Assembly (NCBI GenBank): GCA_965153355.1
Contig: OZ231126.1
Span: 45,942,001-46,006,000 of the forward strand
Length of the DNA: 64,000 nt
DNA from: Flaccisagitta enflata
Taxonomy: Eukaryota
Direction: 5' to 3'
How positions within the stretch are numbered: position 1 is the first letter of the stretch; each line of letters begins with the position of its first letter. The notes beneath the pieces are model-generated. The model was not told where the DNA came from and searched no databases. It worked only from the letters and a program-made list of their open reading frames with translations. Of the stretch, positions 33,563-49,274 are shown piece by piece. Both the position numbers and the translations under genes were made by a program.

Positions 33563-34024
33563 TAATCCAAGGATTTCTGATAACTACTTCTTTTCCCAGA
33601 GATAAAGTAACTTTTGCAAACTTTAACCTGAGAAAAAGTATCTTTTGCAATCTTTGACCAGTAATCTTTTGAACTGTATTCTTTTTTTTTTTTTGCACAT
33701 TTCATACAAATTCAATTCATAGTTTCATCACTGTCATTGATACTTCTGAATGGGTGTTTGCTAATCAAGTTTTGCGAAATGGAAAACTAGGACTGATGCG
33801 GATAGTGACTAGTCCATGGGGGCTATCAAGGCCCCCCTTCTTACTTTTCAGTTTGGGTATAGTACGGGAAATTGTTCCATTTAACTTGCCATTTTATACC
33901 TAACTCAAAAGCTAATTACCTCCTTTTACATAACATATCATTGTTTCCACGTCGCAGGGGTTATGGCATAAACATAGACTGAAAAGAAGGGATAGAAAAA
34001 TGAGAAATCGTCTGTAAAACACGT

Positions 34025-34056
<32 letters not shown>

Positions 34057-34263
34057 GAAACAACACACAAATAAATTGTATAAAAAAGAAACTGTTGAGG
34101 GGTGATCGCTTCCTGCCAATTTCACAGTCGCACGCTGTTCACTGTACGCCAATACCCAGCCACCTGTCCAAAGGCTGAGGCTGTTTTCATGACTTTCCCT
34201 TGCCTATGCGTCTCTATTTCTTTGGATGCTTTCCTGTCTTTATTTTCCTTGTTTCTGTCTTTC

Positions 34264-34333
<70 letters not shown>

Positions 34334-34337
34334 TTTT

Positions 34338-34376
<39 letters not shown>

Positions 34377-34517
34377 CTCTTTCTTTCTTTTTTTCTTTCT
34401 TTCTCTCTTTATATCTTTCTTTCCTTCTTTCTTTCTCATTTTCTACCTCTTCTTGTATGTTTGTTTGTTTGTTTGTTTGTTTCTTTATTTCTTTGTTTGT
34501 TTCTTTTCTTTTCTTCT

Positions 34518-34586
<69 letters not shown>

Positions 34587-34846
34587 TTTCTTTCTTTTCT
34601 TTCTTTCTTTCTTCTTTCTTTCTTTCTTCTTTCTCTCTTTCTTCTTCTCTCTCTCTCTTCTCTCTTCTCTCTTCTCCTCGGGGGAATCGCCTGTCCTCGA
34701 AAATTTTCCTGTGGCCAAATTTCGAAAATTAATTTGGGCCTGATAGTGAAAATTTTTTTTTCTCCATTAGGCTAATTTTGAATGAAAAGTTTTGACTTGG
34801 AAATAAAAAATCTATGCGCCTAACTTAGAAAAAAATAGGAAGAAAG

Positions 34847-34926
<80 letters not shown>

Positions 34927-35572
34927 AAAAAAAAAAGAGAAAGCCTGAAAAACAGAGACAAAGGGTGGAACAGTGGGAGAGATTAAAAGTAATAGATATA
35001 AGAACAAGGCCGGATACACGGCCACCAGTTGCGGACGGGTGGACAGGGGCGTTTTCCCACTTTTCAACTCGAGGGTGACGGACGGACCGACGGACCAACG
35101 GACCGACGGACCAACGGACCGACGGACGGACAAAGCCTCTTATAGAGTTGCGTGTCCGCAACTAAAAAAGGAAGGCAAAAAAAAACTCACTGCTCTAGCA
35201 AAAATGCCTTATTGACCTTTTTTATCACTGCCTCTCCTGGGGTAGCCTTGTATCCACTCTTGTTATTTCTTTGAATTCATAAAATCTTTGTTACTAACAT
35301 TGCCCTTTCATTAATTTTTAAAAAATCATAACTATTTCATTAATTTAAAATATTTTTGCAATATCATTTCCTAGTTTTTTTTTAATTTTCAAAACTAATT
35401 CATAAAAAAAAACAACACTTCATTGAGCAACAAAAACACTTAAAATCAACCATTTATTTCTCTCATGTATATTTTTTTATTTTTCTCTCTATTTGTACCT
35501 TTGCCTTATCCTCTCTTAATCTTTTCTTGTCTTTATTTGTCTCTGTCATCTTTTTTTTTATTTGTTTATCTT

Positions 35573-35655
<83 letters not shown>

Positions 35656-35835
35656 TTCTCTCTTTCTTTTAAATTCCTCTTTGTTCCCTTTTTTATCTTT
35701 TTCTGCATCAGGCCAGATTTAGATGAAAATTTTCACCTTGAAATTGGCTTAATAGTGAAAAAAATATTTTCTACATTAGGCCAATTTCTGATAAAGATAT
35801 TTTCGCCATTAGGCGTTTTCGCCATGAGGAGATAC

Positions 35836-35914
<79 letters not shown>

Positions 35915-36092
35915 ACTCACTCACTCACTCACTCACTCACTCTCTCTGGGCGCACCGATGACAGTCGAGTTTGGATCGAGCAAATAAAGTCGAAAGCATC
36001 GAAACGAGAGTAGATGAAATCGACCACTTCAGAAAATATTTTTACTTTCTCTTTTGACCATATACGTGTCGACTTCCTCCCACTCTTGTCCC

Positions 36093-36155
<63 letters not shown>

Positions 36156-38139
36156 TTCTCTTTCATTCTCTTTCATTCTCTTTCTGAATGCGCCAACTCA
36201 TCTTTGTTCCCTAGCTGGTCGGTCTATTAGCCTGTTGTTAGTCGGTCGGTCGCTCACTGCTCCTCCCCAAATGATGAAGCGACCCCTAATATGGCCCCTG
36301 CCCACCCGCACGCGACTTGTATCCAGCGAGTCCAGAGAGTTGCGGACGCCGGACTGGTGGACAGGGGCATCCAACCCCCATCCACACCCCAACCCCCACA
36401 CACAAGCATCTAGACCGTTTTTAGGTGCGACAAAGCACCTCTATAACTGGCTGTGTCCGTCTGTCTGTCTGTAACGCATTCATTCGACGATCAACATGTC
36501 GCACCTTATTGGCCTACTTGGCCTTGTTTTTTTTTCAACTTTTCCACTTGGACGGACATATGGACCGACAGACCGATAGATGGACTGACGGACAATGCCT
36601 CTCATAGAGTCCAGAGTCAAAATGAGAGAGAGACTGTGCTGCCAGGATGCCAGGATGCACAATTATCACCTGGGACATTTAAAATTTCAAATAGACTTTA
36701 ACTAACTCGATTCCTCGTTTTTGAGAAAAATGCAAAAAATGTTAAAAAAAAAAAAAGATTTAAAAAGTTAAAGCTCCAAAACTAACAATCGCACAGAATG
36801 CTGTTTGGCGTCATCTGAAAGAGGAGAATTAGCTCTTTCTTTGCTATCATTTTGTGTGTAGTATCATTCGGGCCCAAAAACTTATCAACTTTCGCAAACC
36901 ACTCATGAGAGAAAGGGAAAATCGATTTCCGCCATAGGTCTCAAAAAGCCGAAGGTATTCTTCGACTTTTTTCCAAATGATCATTTTCAAATGAAACAAA
37001 AGATGACGACATAAATCCTAAACCAATCGACATAATCAAATTCTGAAAAAAAAACACCTGAGAGAGTAGGTTTTGGCATTTATTCTTGCCAAATTTCAGC
37101 ATTCGGTCTCAAGTAGTTTAGCTTCAATTTGCTTTGCTTTTGCTTTCACACATAGGGAAAATTTCTCATCCTTCTCCTCCTTCTCCATCCCCCCTCAAGG
37201 CTCAAATCCTAGTCTTGAGGCCCAGATCCTAGCCTCAAGGCTCAAATCCTAGCCTCCAAGCTCAAATCTCAGCCTTGAGGCTCAAACCCCAGCCCCGAGG
37301 CTCAAGCCCCAACCTCAAAGCTCAAATCCTAGTCTGGAGGCTGAAATTCTAGCCTTGAGGCTCAAATCCTAGCCCCAGAGCTCAAATCCTAGCCCAGCAG
37401 CTCAAATGCTAGTCTCAAGTGCCCAAATCCTAGCCTCAAGGCTCAAATCTCAGCCCCGAAACTAAAATCCCAGCCAGCCCAGCAGCTCAAATCCTAGTCT
37501 CGAGGCCCAGATCCTAGCCTCAAAGCTCCAATGCTAGCCATTAAACTCAAATTCCAGCCTTGAGGCTCAATCTAAAAAAATCATCGGCCCCTTCAGGCTG
37601 CTGCCCCTCTAACCCCCTCACACCCACAAACACTCACATAGGGGCAACGGGTACCGCTGACCATTTGACGCTTTTGCTTTTGCTATTTTTTTACTATAGT
37701 AAAAAAAAATGTTATTTTGGATGATACATGGTTTGACTTCTAAAAGCGATTGAGGCTAAACTACTTGAGACCGAATGCTGAAATTTGGCATGAATAAATG
37801 CCAAAACCTTCTCTTTCAGGCGTTTTTTTTTTGAATTTGATTACAGTTGAACCCCGCTCTAACGAATCCGCCACCAACGAAATTCCGCCTTTAACAGATG
37901 CAAATTCATGGTCCCTTAACAGGCAATAACAGAATTCCGCCTATAACATGAAAATGAAGGATTTCCTGCTTCTTTCTACTCGAGTCCAAATTCTGACTAA
38001 AGTGGTTTTAGTTTTAGATAGTCCAAAATTCAGCCTAACAAGGCTGTATACACGGCTACCAAAGTCGCGAGCGGGTGGGCAGGGGCCATATTTGAGGTCA
38101 CCAGACCATTTAGGCAGGAGCCATGAGGTCAAAGTAATA

Positions 38140-38765
38140 CAGTGAGGCTCATAAAAAAGTTTCCAGTTTTGTCATTAACATTTTGCAGGTTTTATAAATG
38201 ATAAAAGTAATTTATCAGTGAGATTATTGAAGGATTTTCTATTTTCTTCAATTTGAGTCTAATCCCAGATTTCCAGCTCTTTCCGTTTAGGCGTGACATT
38301 GATTTGAAGTAGTACATATCAAAATTGCCTTGGGAAAAAAAAGCAAAAAAATGTGATATTTTGCCTTTTAAAAAGCATGACTAGTTAACTTTAAAGTTAT
38401 GTCATTTCAAAACAAATCAAGCCACAAACTTCTGCTTGGTCTAGATTTGTAGAGTTTTTGAAGCTCTTTAAAATGGTTATGGATATGATATATGAATGAT
38501 AGATACGTTTTAATATATCTAAAGAAAACAAGATCAACCTGGTGTTCTGACAAAGGCTGTTTGCTTCTAAGCAAAAGTAAATTGTTTATCATCTTTGTAC
38601 CTTTCTAGTTTTTTAACAATTTGTGTCACAAAAATGGGGTTGCACTAGATATGTCGAGTTTTTAAAGAAATTTTAAAAATCTTGTGAATTTTTTATTGTT
38701 TAAAGTCATTACAATTGAAATAACTAGCTTCTAAACTGCTGGAAACTTTTTTATGAGCCGCACTG
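38140..38765. mobile_element. Tc1/mariner-type MITE
   Basis: TIRs CAGTG(A/C)GGCTCATAAAAAAGTTTCCAG, flanked by TA on both sides. Confidence 0.88.
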
Positions 38766-39063
38766 TAAAATCATAAAAAAAAGTAAAGTGTGACCGACCA
38801 ACCGACCAACCGACCGACGGACAAAGCGGGTTGTAGAGTCGCGTGCACGCGACTAAAAAGGCTTCCCTGTTGTGGTCGGCTCTTTGAGATTCCGCCCATA
38901 CACTTATGTTCTGTTTAATGGAAAACTAGGAGTGGCGCGCTTGTGAACTGGTCACTGAGGGTTCACAAGGCCCTCTTCCATTTATTTCAGTTTAGTAGGA
39001 AATATTGTTTCACTTGTCATATCTACGATTCGTTGAAAAAGATGAACACAAAACTACAAGTTT

Positions 39064-39149
<86 letters not shown>

Positions 39150-39448
39150 ACAGAGGAAGAAAAATGGTCCTAGAGTGAGGAAGATAGATTCGCCAAGACT
39201 GTGGCTATATTCGCCATTAGTCGATTTCGCCGCGTCTAGAAAATCACGGCGAATCTTAGGGCGAACAAACTCGATTCGACTAAAACCTATGTACTCCTCT
39301 CTCTCTCTCTTAGTAAATTTGAATTTTGATAATTGCGGTTGCAGCCCGAAGTTTCTGACACCAAATACTAATGAAGCTTGGAAAGGAGGCAACAAATTTT
39401 CTCTCGCAGATAAGGCAAAGGAGGACCAGAGAACCAAAGATGTGGTAG

Positions 39449-39555
<107 letters not shown>

Positions 39556-39902
39556 CAGTGAGAGAGAAAGAGACAGACAGACGGACAGGTAGAGTGAGAG
39601 AGAGGGAAAGAGTGACAGAAAGAGAAAGAGACAGAGAAAAGGAAAGGAAAGAAAGAAAAAAAAAGAAAGAAAAAAGGGAGTGAGAATGAATGAATGAAAA
39701 AAAGAAAACAAAATGAAAGGCAGAATGAAAAAATGAAACAAGTGACGCGGGATCACAATACGGGTGGGCGGGGGCATCCAACCCCCCATGGCCCCCCACC
39801 AGCACATATACCCAGAGAAGCATCTAAAACGCTTGTTTTCCACTTTTTGACTCTTGCGTTATGGAGAAAGAAAGAGAGAAAGAAAGAAAAAAGAAAGAAG
39901 GA

Positions 39903-39970
<68 letters not shown>

Positions 39971-40206
39971 GAGAAAGAAAGAAAAAAAGAAACAAGGCCG
40001 GATACACGGCCAATACCAGTCGCGGACGGGTGGGCAGGGGCGGAAATGCTGGTTTTTCCACTTTTCGACTCGCGCTCACCAACCGACGGACGGACGGACG
40101 GACGGACAAAGCCTCTTATAGAGTCGCTCGTCCGCGACTAAAAAAGAAAGAAAAAAAGAAAGAAAAAAAGAAAGGAAGGAAGTAAAGAAAGAAAAAAGAA
40201 AGACAA

Positions 40207-40266
<60 letters not shown>

Positions 40267-40268
40267 AA

Positions 40269-40320
<52 letters not shown>

Positions 40321-40340
40321 AAAAGAAAGAAAGAAAGAAA

Positions 40341-40388
<48 letters not shown>

Positions 40389-40390
40389 AA

Positions 40391-40458
<68 letters not shown>

Positions 40459-43400
40459 AAAAGAAAGAAAGACAGAATGACAGTAAGAAAAAAAGAGCGG
40501 CACATTGAACGTGCAAACACACCGATCTAGAGATACTGAAAGGATTAACGAAGAAAACTGATCCACTGAGTGATGGGAAGGAAAGCAAAACTAATTTGTG
40601 GTACTGGAATTTTTTTGAAATTAGTGAATGAAAAAAAGCACTTCTCTCCGATAACCGCGAGAAACTATGATTAAGAAAATTTATCAAGCGCCCAAGATTT
40701 ATTAAACGTTATTCCCAAAACAGTGGTAGAAACTCATCTTCATGAATTGATAACGAAGTGGAATGAATGACACTTTCGGGGTATGTTTACAAAATACAAT
40801 TAAAAAGAAAAAGAAACAAAAAAGACAAAAACAAAAACAAAAAACTTTTAGCCTGAAAGCGAGTTTCATCCTTGAAGTGGTGCAGCTTCCATAACTTCAA
40901 TGGGAAAATCGTTTAGAATTTGAATCGCCATCTCGTCATCTCCGTTACTTTCTTTCCTGATCAATCTACTTAGACATAATTTGATATTTCAGCCATGTCG
41001 TTGTCAAATCTGGCGAAGCTCGACCAATACTTCTTTGTGGTAGTTCATCTGATGGCAGTTCATTTGATATATGATTTTGTGAGGGTTCTTTAATGCAGTG
41101 TTTGCCATGCCATTTCAAAGAACTTCAAACCGCACAAAATGAGAATCATAATACAAGGGAAAAAAAATCATCTTTTGCGGCAATTTGCGAAGAATGTTTA
41201 CTTCACTTTAGAAATATACAGAAATCAAAACTTTTTTCTTTGAATTCTCTTTTGATCAAATGGTTCTAATGTATTCTCCTTAAGTCCTAATGGAATTGAA
41301 TGAGTATTGCCATATAAAAGAAACATCACGACAACCGCGGGTGGTAGTAGGAGTGCGCAAATGGGTGACAAAGTGATCTAAATTAATGAAATAAAGAACG
41401 AGGAGTCTTTAGTGTCTTTTCGTCATTAGCTTCGCTTAGGCTCTCTCTTTCTCTCTCTTTCTTAACTTTTTCTTTCACTTCCTCTCATAAAAGATGTCAA
41501 CGTGGACGAAATGAAGCGGGAAGACCTCCCAGTCGATTTGCATAAAACTTTCCCCAATTTACCTCGCTTGGAACAAAATTGCGTAACGCGATACGACTTT
41601 GTTTTATTGCGATACGTCGTTACATTCCTCGGTTCCTCTGGGTTCTAATGTCATCTCCATCTATTGCGAAAAAAAAGTTTCCGTGAGAACAATTAACGCA
41701 AATGTGGAGAAAAAAGGAGAAGAGAGAAAAAAAGGGAAACGGAATGGAAGAAAGTCATTTGCATAGGTATGACGTATTTAGATTTTTCCCCGTTTTCTAT
41801 CTCTTTTTCTTTAAGACAAAACCGATGGAAAAGAGAATCTCATCTTTTTTTCAGTCAGTCGTCGTCGCGAGAGTCTGTAAGGTTAAGACAATGCAAAAGT
41901 GATGGTTGTTTAGCGATAGTATTGAATTGATATCAATTCGTTGAATATCGAGTTGATGTTTTCAGCATTGGATCAGAAAAGAAGAAGGAAATGTAGGAAA
42001 CAAGCCCTAAAAGTTTTCAAGGAAAATAGGGTTAAATGGGAAAACATGTTTTTTTTTTTGCAAATATTTGACCTCGTTTTTCCTGACCATAGCCCAGACT
42101 TCAGATAAGGCTTGGTTTCATAGACAATCGACAGTTTTCGCGATGAGCTGATGGATTAACGGACGATCTAAGCCTCTCGCATGTCGAGGCGACTGAGAGA
42201 ACATGGGTTTTACAAATGGATGATCAAACACGTTGGAATGACATGATAGAGTTTAACCGTATATATGGAAGACTTATGAAGTGAGTTTCGAATGAAGAGA
42301 AGATGACTCACGGTTGAAGTGAAGACAAACAGACCAGAGAAATCATGGGAGGGAGATACAAGTACCCCAAGATTACAAAACTAGTCGCACATGGAGACAG
42401 AATGGACTGAAAATGGACTAAAAATGGAATGAGAATGGACTAATGTGGCTTAATATGGACTAAAGATGAACTAAAAATGAAGCTTTGCTTGCCTTTGAAT
42501 TGACTTGTATGACTTTCGATGACACAAAAAAAAAAAAAAAAAAAAAAAGATGACGAAATGAAAAGAAAAGAGGATAGAACCTGCGTAATGGACAAACGGA
42601 TGGATGGACGGACCAACATAGTGATTTGCAAAGTAGCGACTAAAAAAAAAAAAACGATAATTGCTGTGAATCTGCGTCATTAAGGCTTTGAAAGTTGTTC
42701 TCGATGGCGGAAAACTTGCCTGCAGCCGCTGGATCGTGGAACAATAAGTCTGTGCGCTAATGAGAAAGCCATAACAATTCACTACCTGCCGCGCGAAAAG
42801 CAATGGACGATCACGTGACTGAATGGCGATGGCAGGGGGGCTACGTCCGCTGCTGATGAGGAAGAGAGAGAGAGAGAAAAACTTATCAACTTTCGTAAAC
42901 CACTCATGAGAGAAAGGGAAAATCGATTTCCGCCATAGGTCTCAAAAAGCCGAAGGTATTCTTCGACTTTTTTCCAAATGATCATTTTCAAATGAAACAA
43001 AAGATGACGACATAAATCCTAAACCAATCGACATAATCAAATTCTGAAAAAAAAACACCTGAGAGAGTAGGTTTTGGCATTTATTCTTGCCAAATTTCAG
43101 CATTCGGTCTCAAGTAGTTTAGCTTCAATTTGCTTTGCTTTTGCTTTCACACATAGGGAAAATTTCTCATCCTTCTCCTCCTTCTCCATCCCCCCTCAAG
43201 GCTCAAATCCTAGTCTTGAGGCCCAGATCCTAGCCTCAAGGCTCAAATCCTAGCCTCCAAGCTCAAATCTCAGCCTTGAGGCTCAAACCCCAGCCCCGAG
43301 GCTCAAGCCCCAACCTCAAAGCTCAAATCCTAGTCTGGAGGCTGAAATTCTAGCCTTGAGGCTCAAATCCTAGCCCCAGAGCTCAAATCCTAGCCCAGCA

Positions 43401-44256
43401 GCTCAAATGCTACTCTCAAGTGCCCAAATCCTAGCCTCAAGGCTCAAATCTCAGCCCCGAAACTAAAATCCCAGCCAGCCCAGCAGCTCAAATCCTAGTC
43501 TCGAGGCCCAGATCCTAGCCTCAAAGCTCCAATGCTAGCCATTAAACTCAAATTCCAGCCTTGAGGCTCAAATAAAAACAGCATAGGTCATCGGCCCCTC
43601 TAACCACCTCACACCCACAAACACTCACATAGGGGCAACGGGTACCGCTGACCATTTGACGCTTTTGCGACTATCTTTTTACCATAGTAAAAAAAAATGT
43701 TATTTTGGATGATACATGGTTTGACTTCTAAAAGCGATTGAGGCTAAACTACTTGAGACCGAATGCTGAAATTTGGCATGAATAAATGCCAAAACCTTCT
43801 CTTTCAGGCGTTTTTTTTTTGAATTTGATTACAGTTGAACCCCGCTCTAACGAATCCGCCACCAACGAAATTCCGCCTTTAACAGATGCAAATTCATGGT
43901 CCCTTAACAGGCAATAACAGAATTCCGCCTATAACATGAAAATGAAGGATTTCCTGCTTCTTTCTACTCGAGTCCAAATTCTGACTAAAGTGGTTTTAGT
44001 TTTAGATAGTCCAAAATTCAGAGAAAGAAAGAAAAAAAGAAACAAGGCCGGATACACGGCCAATACCAGTCGCGGACGGGTGGGCAGGGGCGGAAATGCT
44101 GGTTTTTCCACTTTTCGACTCGCGCTCACCAACCGACGGACGGACGGACGGACGGACAAAGCCTCTTATAGAGTCGCTCGTCCGCGACTAAAAAAGAAAG
44201 AAAAAAAGAAAGAAAAAAAGAAAGAAGGAAGTAAAGACAGAAAAAAGAAAGACAAA

Positions 44257-44320
<64 letters not shown>

Positions 44321-44324
44321 AAAA

Positions 44325-44388
<64 letters not shown>

Positions 44389-44405
44389 AGAAAGAAAAAC
44401 AGAAA

Positions 44406-44485
<80 letters not shown>

Positions 44486-46351
44486 AAAAGAAAGAAAGAA
44501 AGAAAGAAAAAGAAAGAAAGACAGAATGACAGTAAGAAAAAAAGAGCGGCACATTGAACGTGCAAACACACCGATCTAGAGATACTGAAAGGATTAACGA
44601 AGAAAACTGATCCACTGAGTGATGGGAAGGAAAGCAAAACTAATTTGTGGTACTGGAATTTTTTTGAAATTAGTGAATGAAAAAAAGCACTTCTCTCCGA
44701 TAACCGCGAGAAACTATGATTAAGAAAATTTATCAAGCGCCCAAGATTTATTAAACGTTATTCCCAAAACAGTGGTAGAAACTCATCTTCATGAATTGAT
44801 AACGAAGTGGAATGAATGACACTTTCGGGGTATGTTTACAAAATACAATTAAAAAGAAAAAGAAACAAAAAAGACAAAAACAAAAACAAAAAACTTTTGG
44901 CCTGAAAGCGAGTTTCATCCTTGAAGTGGTGCAGCTTCCATAACTTCAATGGGAAAATCGTTTAGAATTTGAATCGCCATCTCGTCATCTCCGTTACTTT
45001 CTTTCCTGATCAATCTACTTAGACATAATTTGATATTTCAGCCATGTCGTTGTCAAATCTGGCGAAGCTCGACCAATACTTCTTTGTGGTAGTTCATCTG
45101 ATGGCAGTTCATTTGATATATGATTTTGTGAGGGTTCTTTAATGCAGTGTTTGCCATGCCATTTCAAAGAACTTCAAACCGCACAAAATGAGAATCATAA
45201 TACAAGGGAAAAAAAATCATCTTTTGCGGCAATTTGCGAAGAATGTTTACTTCACTTTAGAAATATACAGAAATCAAAACTTTTTTCTTTGAATTCTCTT
45301 TTGATCAAATGGTTCTAATGTATTCTCCTTAAGTCCTAATGGAATTGAATGAGTATTGCCATATAAAAGAAACATCACGACAACCGCGGGTGGTAGTAGG
45401 AGTGCGCAAATGGGTGACAAAGTGATCTAAATTAATGAAATAAAGAACGAGGAGTCTTTAGTGTCTTTTCGTCATTAGCTTCGCTTAGGCTCTCTCTTTC
45501 TCTCTCTTTCTTAACTTTTTCTTTCACTTCCTCTCATAAAAGATGTCAACGTGGACGAAATGAAGCGGGAAGACCTCCCAGTCGATTTGCATAAAACTTT
45601 CCCCAATTTACCTCGCTTGGAACAAAATTGCGTAACGCGATACGACTTTGTTTTATTGCGATACGTCGTTACATTCCTCGGTTCCTCTGGGTTCTAATGT
45701 CATCTCCATCTATTGCGAAAAAAAAGTTTCCGTGAGAACAATTAACGCAAATGTGGAGAAAAAAGGAGAAGAGAGAAAAAAAGGGAAACGGAATGGAAGA
45801 AAGTCATTTGCATAGGTATGACGTATTTAGATTTTTCCCCGTTTTCTATCTCTTTTTCTTTAAGACAAAACCGATGGAAAAGAGAATCTCATCTTTTTTT
45901 CAGTCAGTCGTCGTCGCGAGAGTCTGTAAGGTTAAGACAATGCAAAAGTGATGGTCGTTTAGCGATAGTATTGAATTGATATCAATTCGTTGAATATCGA
46001 GTTGATGTTTTCAGCATTGGATCAGAAAAGAAGAAGGAAATGTAGGAAACAAGCCCTAAAAGTTTTCAAGGAAAATAGGGTTAAATGGGAAAACATGTTT
46101 TTTTTTTTGCAAATATTTGACCTCGTTTTTCCTGACCATAGCCCAGACTTCAGATAAGGCTTGGTTTCATAGACAATCGACAGTTTTCGCGATGAGCTGA
46201 TGGATTAACGGACGATCTAAGCCTCTCGCATGTCGAGGCGACTGAGAGAACATGGGTTTTACAAATGGATGATCAAACACGTTGGAATGACATGATAGAG
46301 TTTAACCGTATATATGGAAGACTTATGAAGTGAGTTTCGAATGAAGAGAAG

Positions 46352-47033
46352 TAGGGAGACCGTAATTAGCCTTATGTTTTTTTTCAAAACACCGGCAATC
46401 TGTGCCTCCATTTCTCAATAACATGACAGCTGAGCATTGGGAGAACCGCGTGGCTGGTAGTAAGATCAGGAAGAAGCTGGCATGATTTTTCGATTCTCTA
46501 CTGTTTATTGATTGTCGAATTCACTCCAATGCTATTATTCAGGATCCTTCTCAGGAGGTTTTTATACAATTTATTAGGTCCTCACTTTCTATGAGGCTGG
46601 TTGTTCTCAAGCCAGAGTGTGGCCCGACTAACATGACTACTAGCGCCACGTTCAGGCTGAGCGGTAATTGGTTGTTGGGTCATGTCATGAACGCTCATTG
46701 GTTGGTGCATCATATGTTGTTAAGAGTCATAAATTTGACGTTACATCGTGGCAACCAATGGCATAGCTTAAAATGTTTAAGCAGCTAATCAGGAAATTAC
46801 CATCAGTACAAGAAATTAACGTCAGTGACTAAACTCTAAAATCTATCAACTTTCCCTCAAGAGCAGCGGAAATGTTGTTGCTTTTCCAAGAGGTGAGAAA
46901 ACAGATGTTTTCAGATGAGGGATAACTCGAGTTCGAATTTTCTCATGTAATGTGATTCATATCAAGCCCATTGAGTCCTTAGACTCCATAAAACCCTAGA
47001 AATCATGATAGTTCTGAATGGCCGACCCTCCCC
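46352..47033. mobile_element. 682-bp insertion with target-site duplication, present only in the second duplicate copy
   Basis: AAGAGAAG is duplicated at 46344-46351 and 47034-47041. The empty site (GAATGAAGAGAAGATGACTC) is at ~42290-42309. Termini TAGGGAG.../...CTCCCC. Confidence 0.8.
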
Positions 47034-47600
47034 AAGAGAAGATGACTCACGGTTGAAGTGAAGACAAACAGACCAGAGAAATCATGGGAGGGAGATACAA
47101 GTACCCCAAGATTACAAAACTAGTCGCACATGGAGACAGAATGGACTGAAAATGGACTAAAAATGGAATGAGAATGGACTAATGTGGCTTAATATGGACT
47201 AAAGATGAACTAAAAATGAAGCTTTGCTTGCCTTTGAATTGACTTGTATGACTTTCGATGACACAAAAAAAAAAAAAAAAAAAAAAAAAGATGACGAAAT
47301 GAAAAGAAAAGAGGATAGAACCTGCGTAATGGACAAACGGATGGATGGACGGACCAACATAGTGATTTGCAAAGTAGCGACTAAAAAAAAAAAAACGATA
47401 ATTGCTGTGAATCTGCGTCATTAAGGCTTTGAAAGTTGTTCTCGATGGCGGAAAACTTGCCTGCAGCCGCTGGATCGTGGAACAATAAGTCTGTGCGCTA
47501 ATGAGAAAGCCATAACAATTCACTACCTGCCGCGCGAAAAGCAATGGACGATCACGTGACTGAATGGCGATGGCAGGGGGGCTACGTCCGCTGCTGATGA

Positions 47601-47657
<57 letters not shown>

Positions 47658-48216
47658 TCACAGGTACTCAGTTAACCAGATATTTACATTTGTATGGACA
47701 GATATAGTAAAAAAAATATGGCTAGACCTTTGGTTAGCTTAACCGTCAGACAGACCGACTCACAGAAACCGGTAGCCGGCTAGACAAAGGCACGGGCGAC
47801 CGGAAACAAAGCAGGATACACGGCAATCCAGTCGCGGACGGTTGGGCAGAAGCAGTAATGAAAAAACCGCTCGGAATTCAAAAATGTTACGGGACGGACC
47901 GACCGTCCTACCGACACAGCAAGGTGTAGAGTCGCGTGTCCGCGACTAAAAATGAGTGAAAGAGATTTAGATAAACGAACATACAAAAAGAAGCGCTGAT
48001 GAACGTTGTTCCAGTCATTAGTCTGAGCCTTTAGCGTGAAACTTCAGGTTGAAGACCGACTAAGCTTGCTATTGAGAAAGCAGATACAAAGGAAAAGGAG
48101 TATCATACAAGTGATACAACCAGATAATCAACCAGTGCGTCATGAAAAGTGGAGTACAGAGATGGCTCATAATTCTTGTCGGAATCCAGAATGACGTGCT
48201 CATGAGTTATGACATA

Positions 48217-48627
48217 CTACGCGAATTAAAAAAAAAGACGCACTTTTGAAAGGTTGATTAAGCCATTGAAACTCATAAAAACATAATAAAATTTTAAGTC
48301 GTTAGAAAGCCCTTGGAAAATACTTTCATTTGGCGCCATTCTGGTATTTCTATCTTTTTTTGTTTGGAAATGGCATTAGTTTGAGTAAAAACTTTGCTGA
48401 TATCGATTTTGCAGTTGCATTGAAAAAAGTGCATTTTAGCAAAATGAACCTTCACTTTGACTGGCTCTAGCTCCTAAACGGTCAAAGTTACGGACCTGGG
48501 ATTGGTCTAGAATGAAAATTCTTTTGAAAATCTTTAAAAACACTTCAACAGACAAATGTTTGTAGAACTTTTTGAATCTGTTTTGTTATCAAATAGGAAG
48601 GTGCGTCTTTTTTTTTAATTCGCGTAG
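48217..48627. mobile_element. TA-flanked MITE (Tc1/mariner-like)
   Basis: TIRs CTACGCGAATTAAAAAAAAAGACGCAC, TA on both sides. Confidence 0.85.
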
Positions 48628-49115
48628 TACATACGCCATAGTCATTAACAGTAGCGAAAACAAAACGGTCTTTGGTTGAATTTTCTTATCATATGCTCAT
48701 GAGTCATGATCTTGCTTCCACAGTTCATCTTCCTGCAGTTCTCTTCACACCCTGGGCCTGATCCTCTAGTAAGCACGACTAATTCAGTCATTTTTTTTTT
48801 ATCTTTAGATGTTATCGCGTATCAACGCTCTCGCCATTCTGCCTGCTCAGTAAACACCTCTCATTTTACGTTTCACGAGCTTCCCTCAAGCGCCCGCGCT
48901 TCCGTCGTTCTCCTGACGCAGAGGATGCTTCCGGTTAGACACGCCCCCTCGTTCACGTTTTCCCCGACGAGAAGAAGAAATGTCCCCAAGGACTCAATCC
49001 AAAGACCCGTAAAGCGAAACCGTTTGTCGGCCGTTCAGCCAGTCGGTCCGTCGGTCGGTTGGACCGGTATGACGCCGCGCCGGTGCCAATTAAGAGTCGT
49101 TTCAAATGAGGACGC

Positions 49116-49274
<159 letters not shown>

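Noticed and set aside
34680-35840. Possible element bounded by GGGG...CCCC degenerate TIRs
   Set aside because: The IR match is loose and any TSD is unreadable in CT microsatellite flanks.
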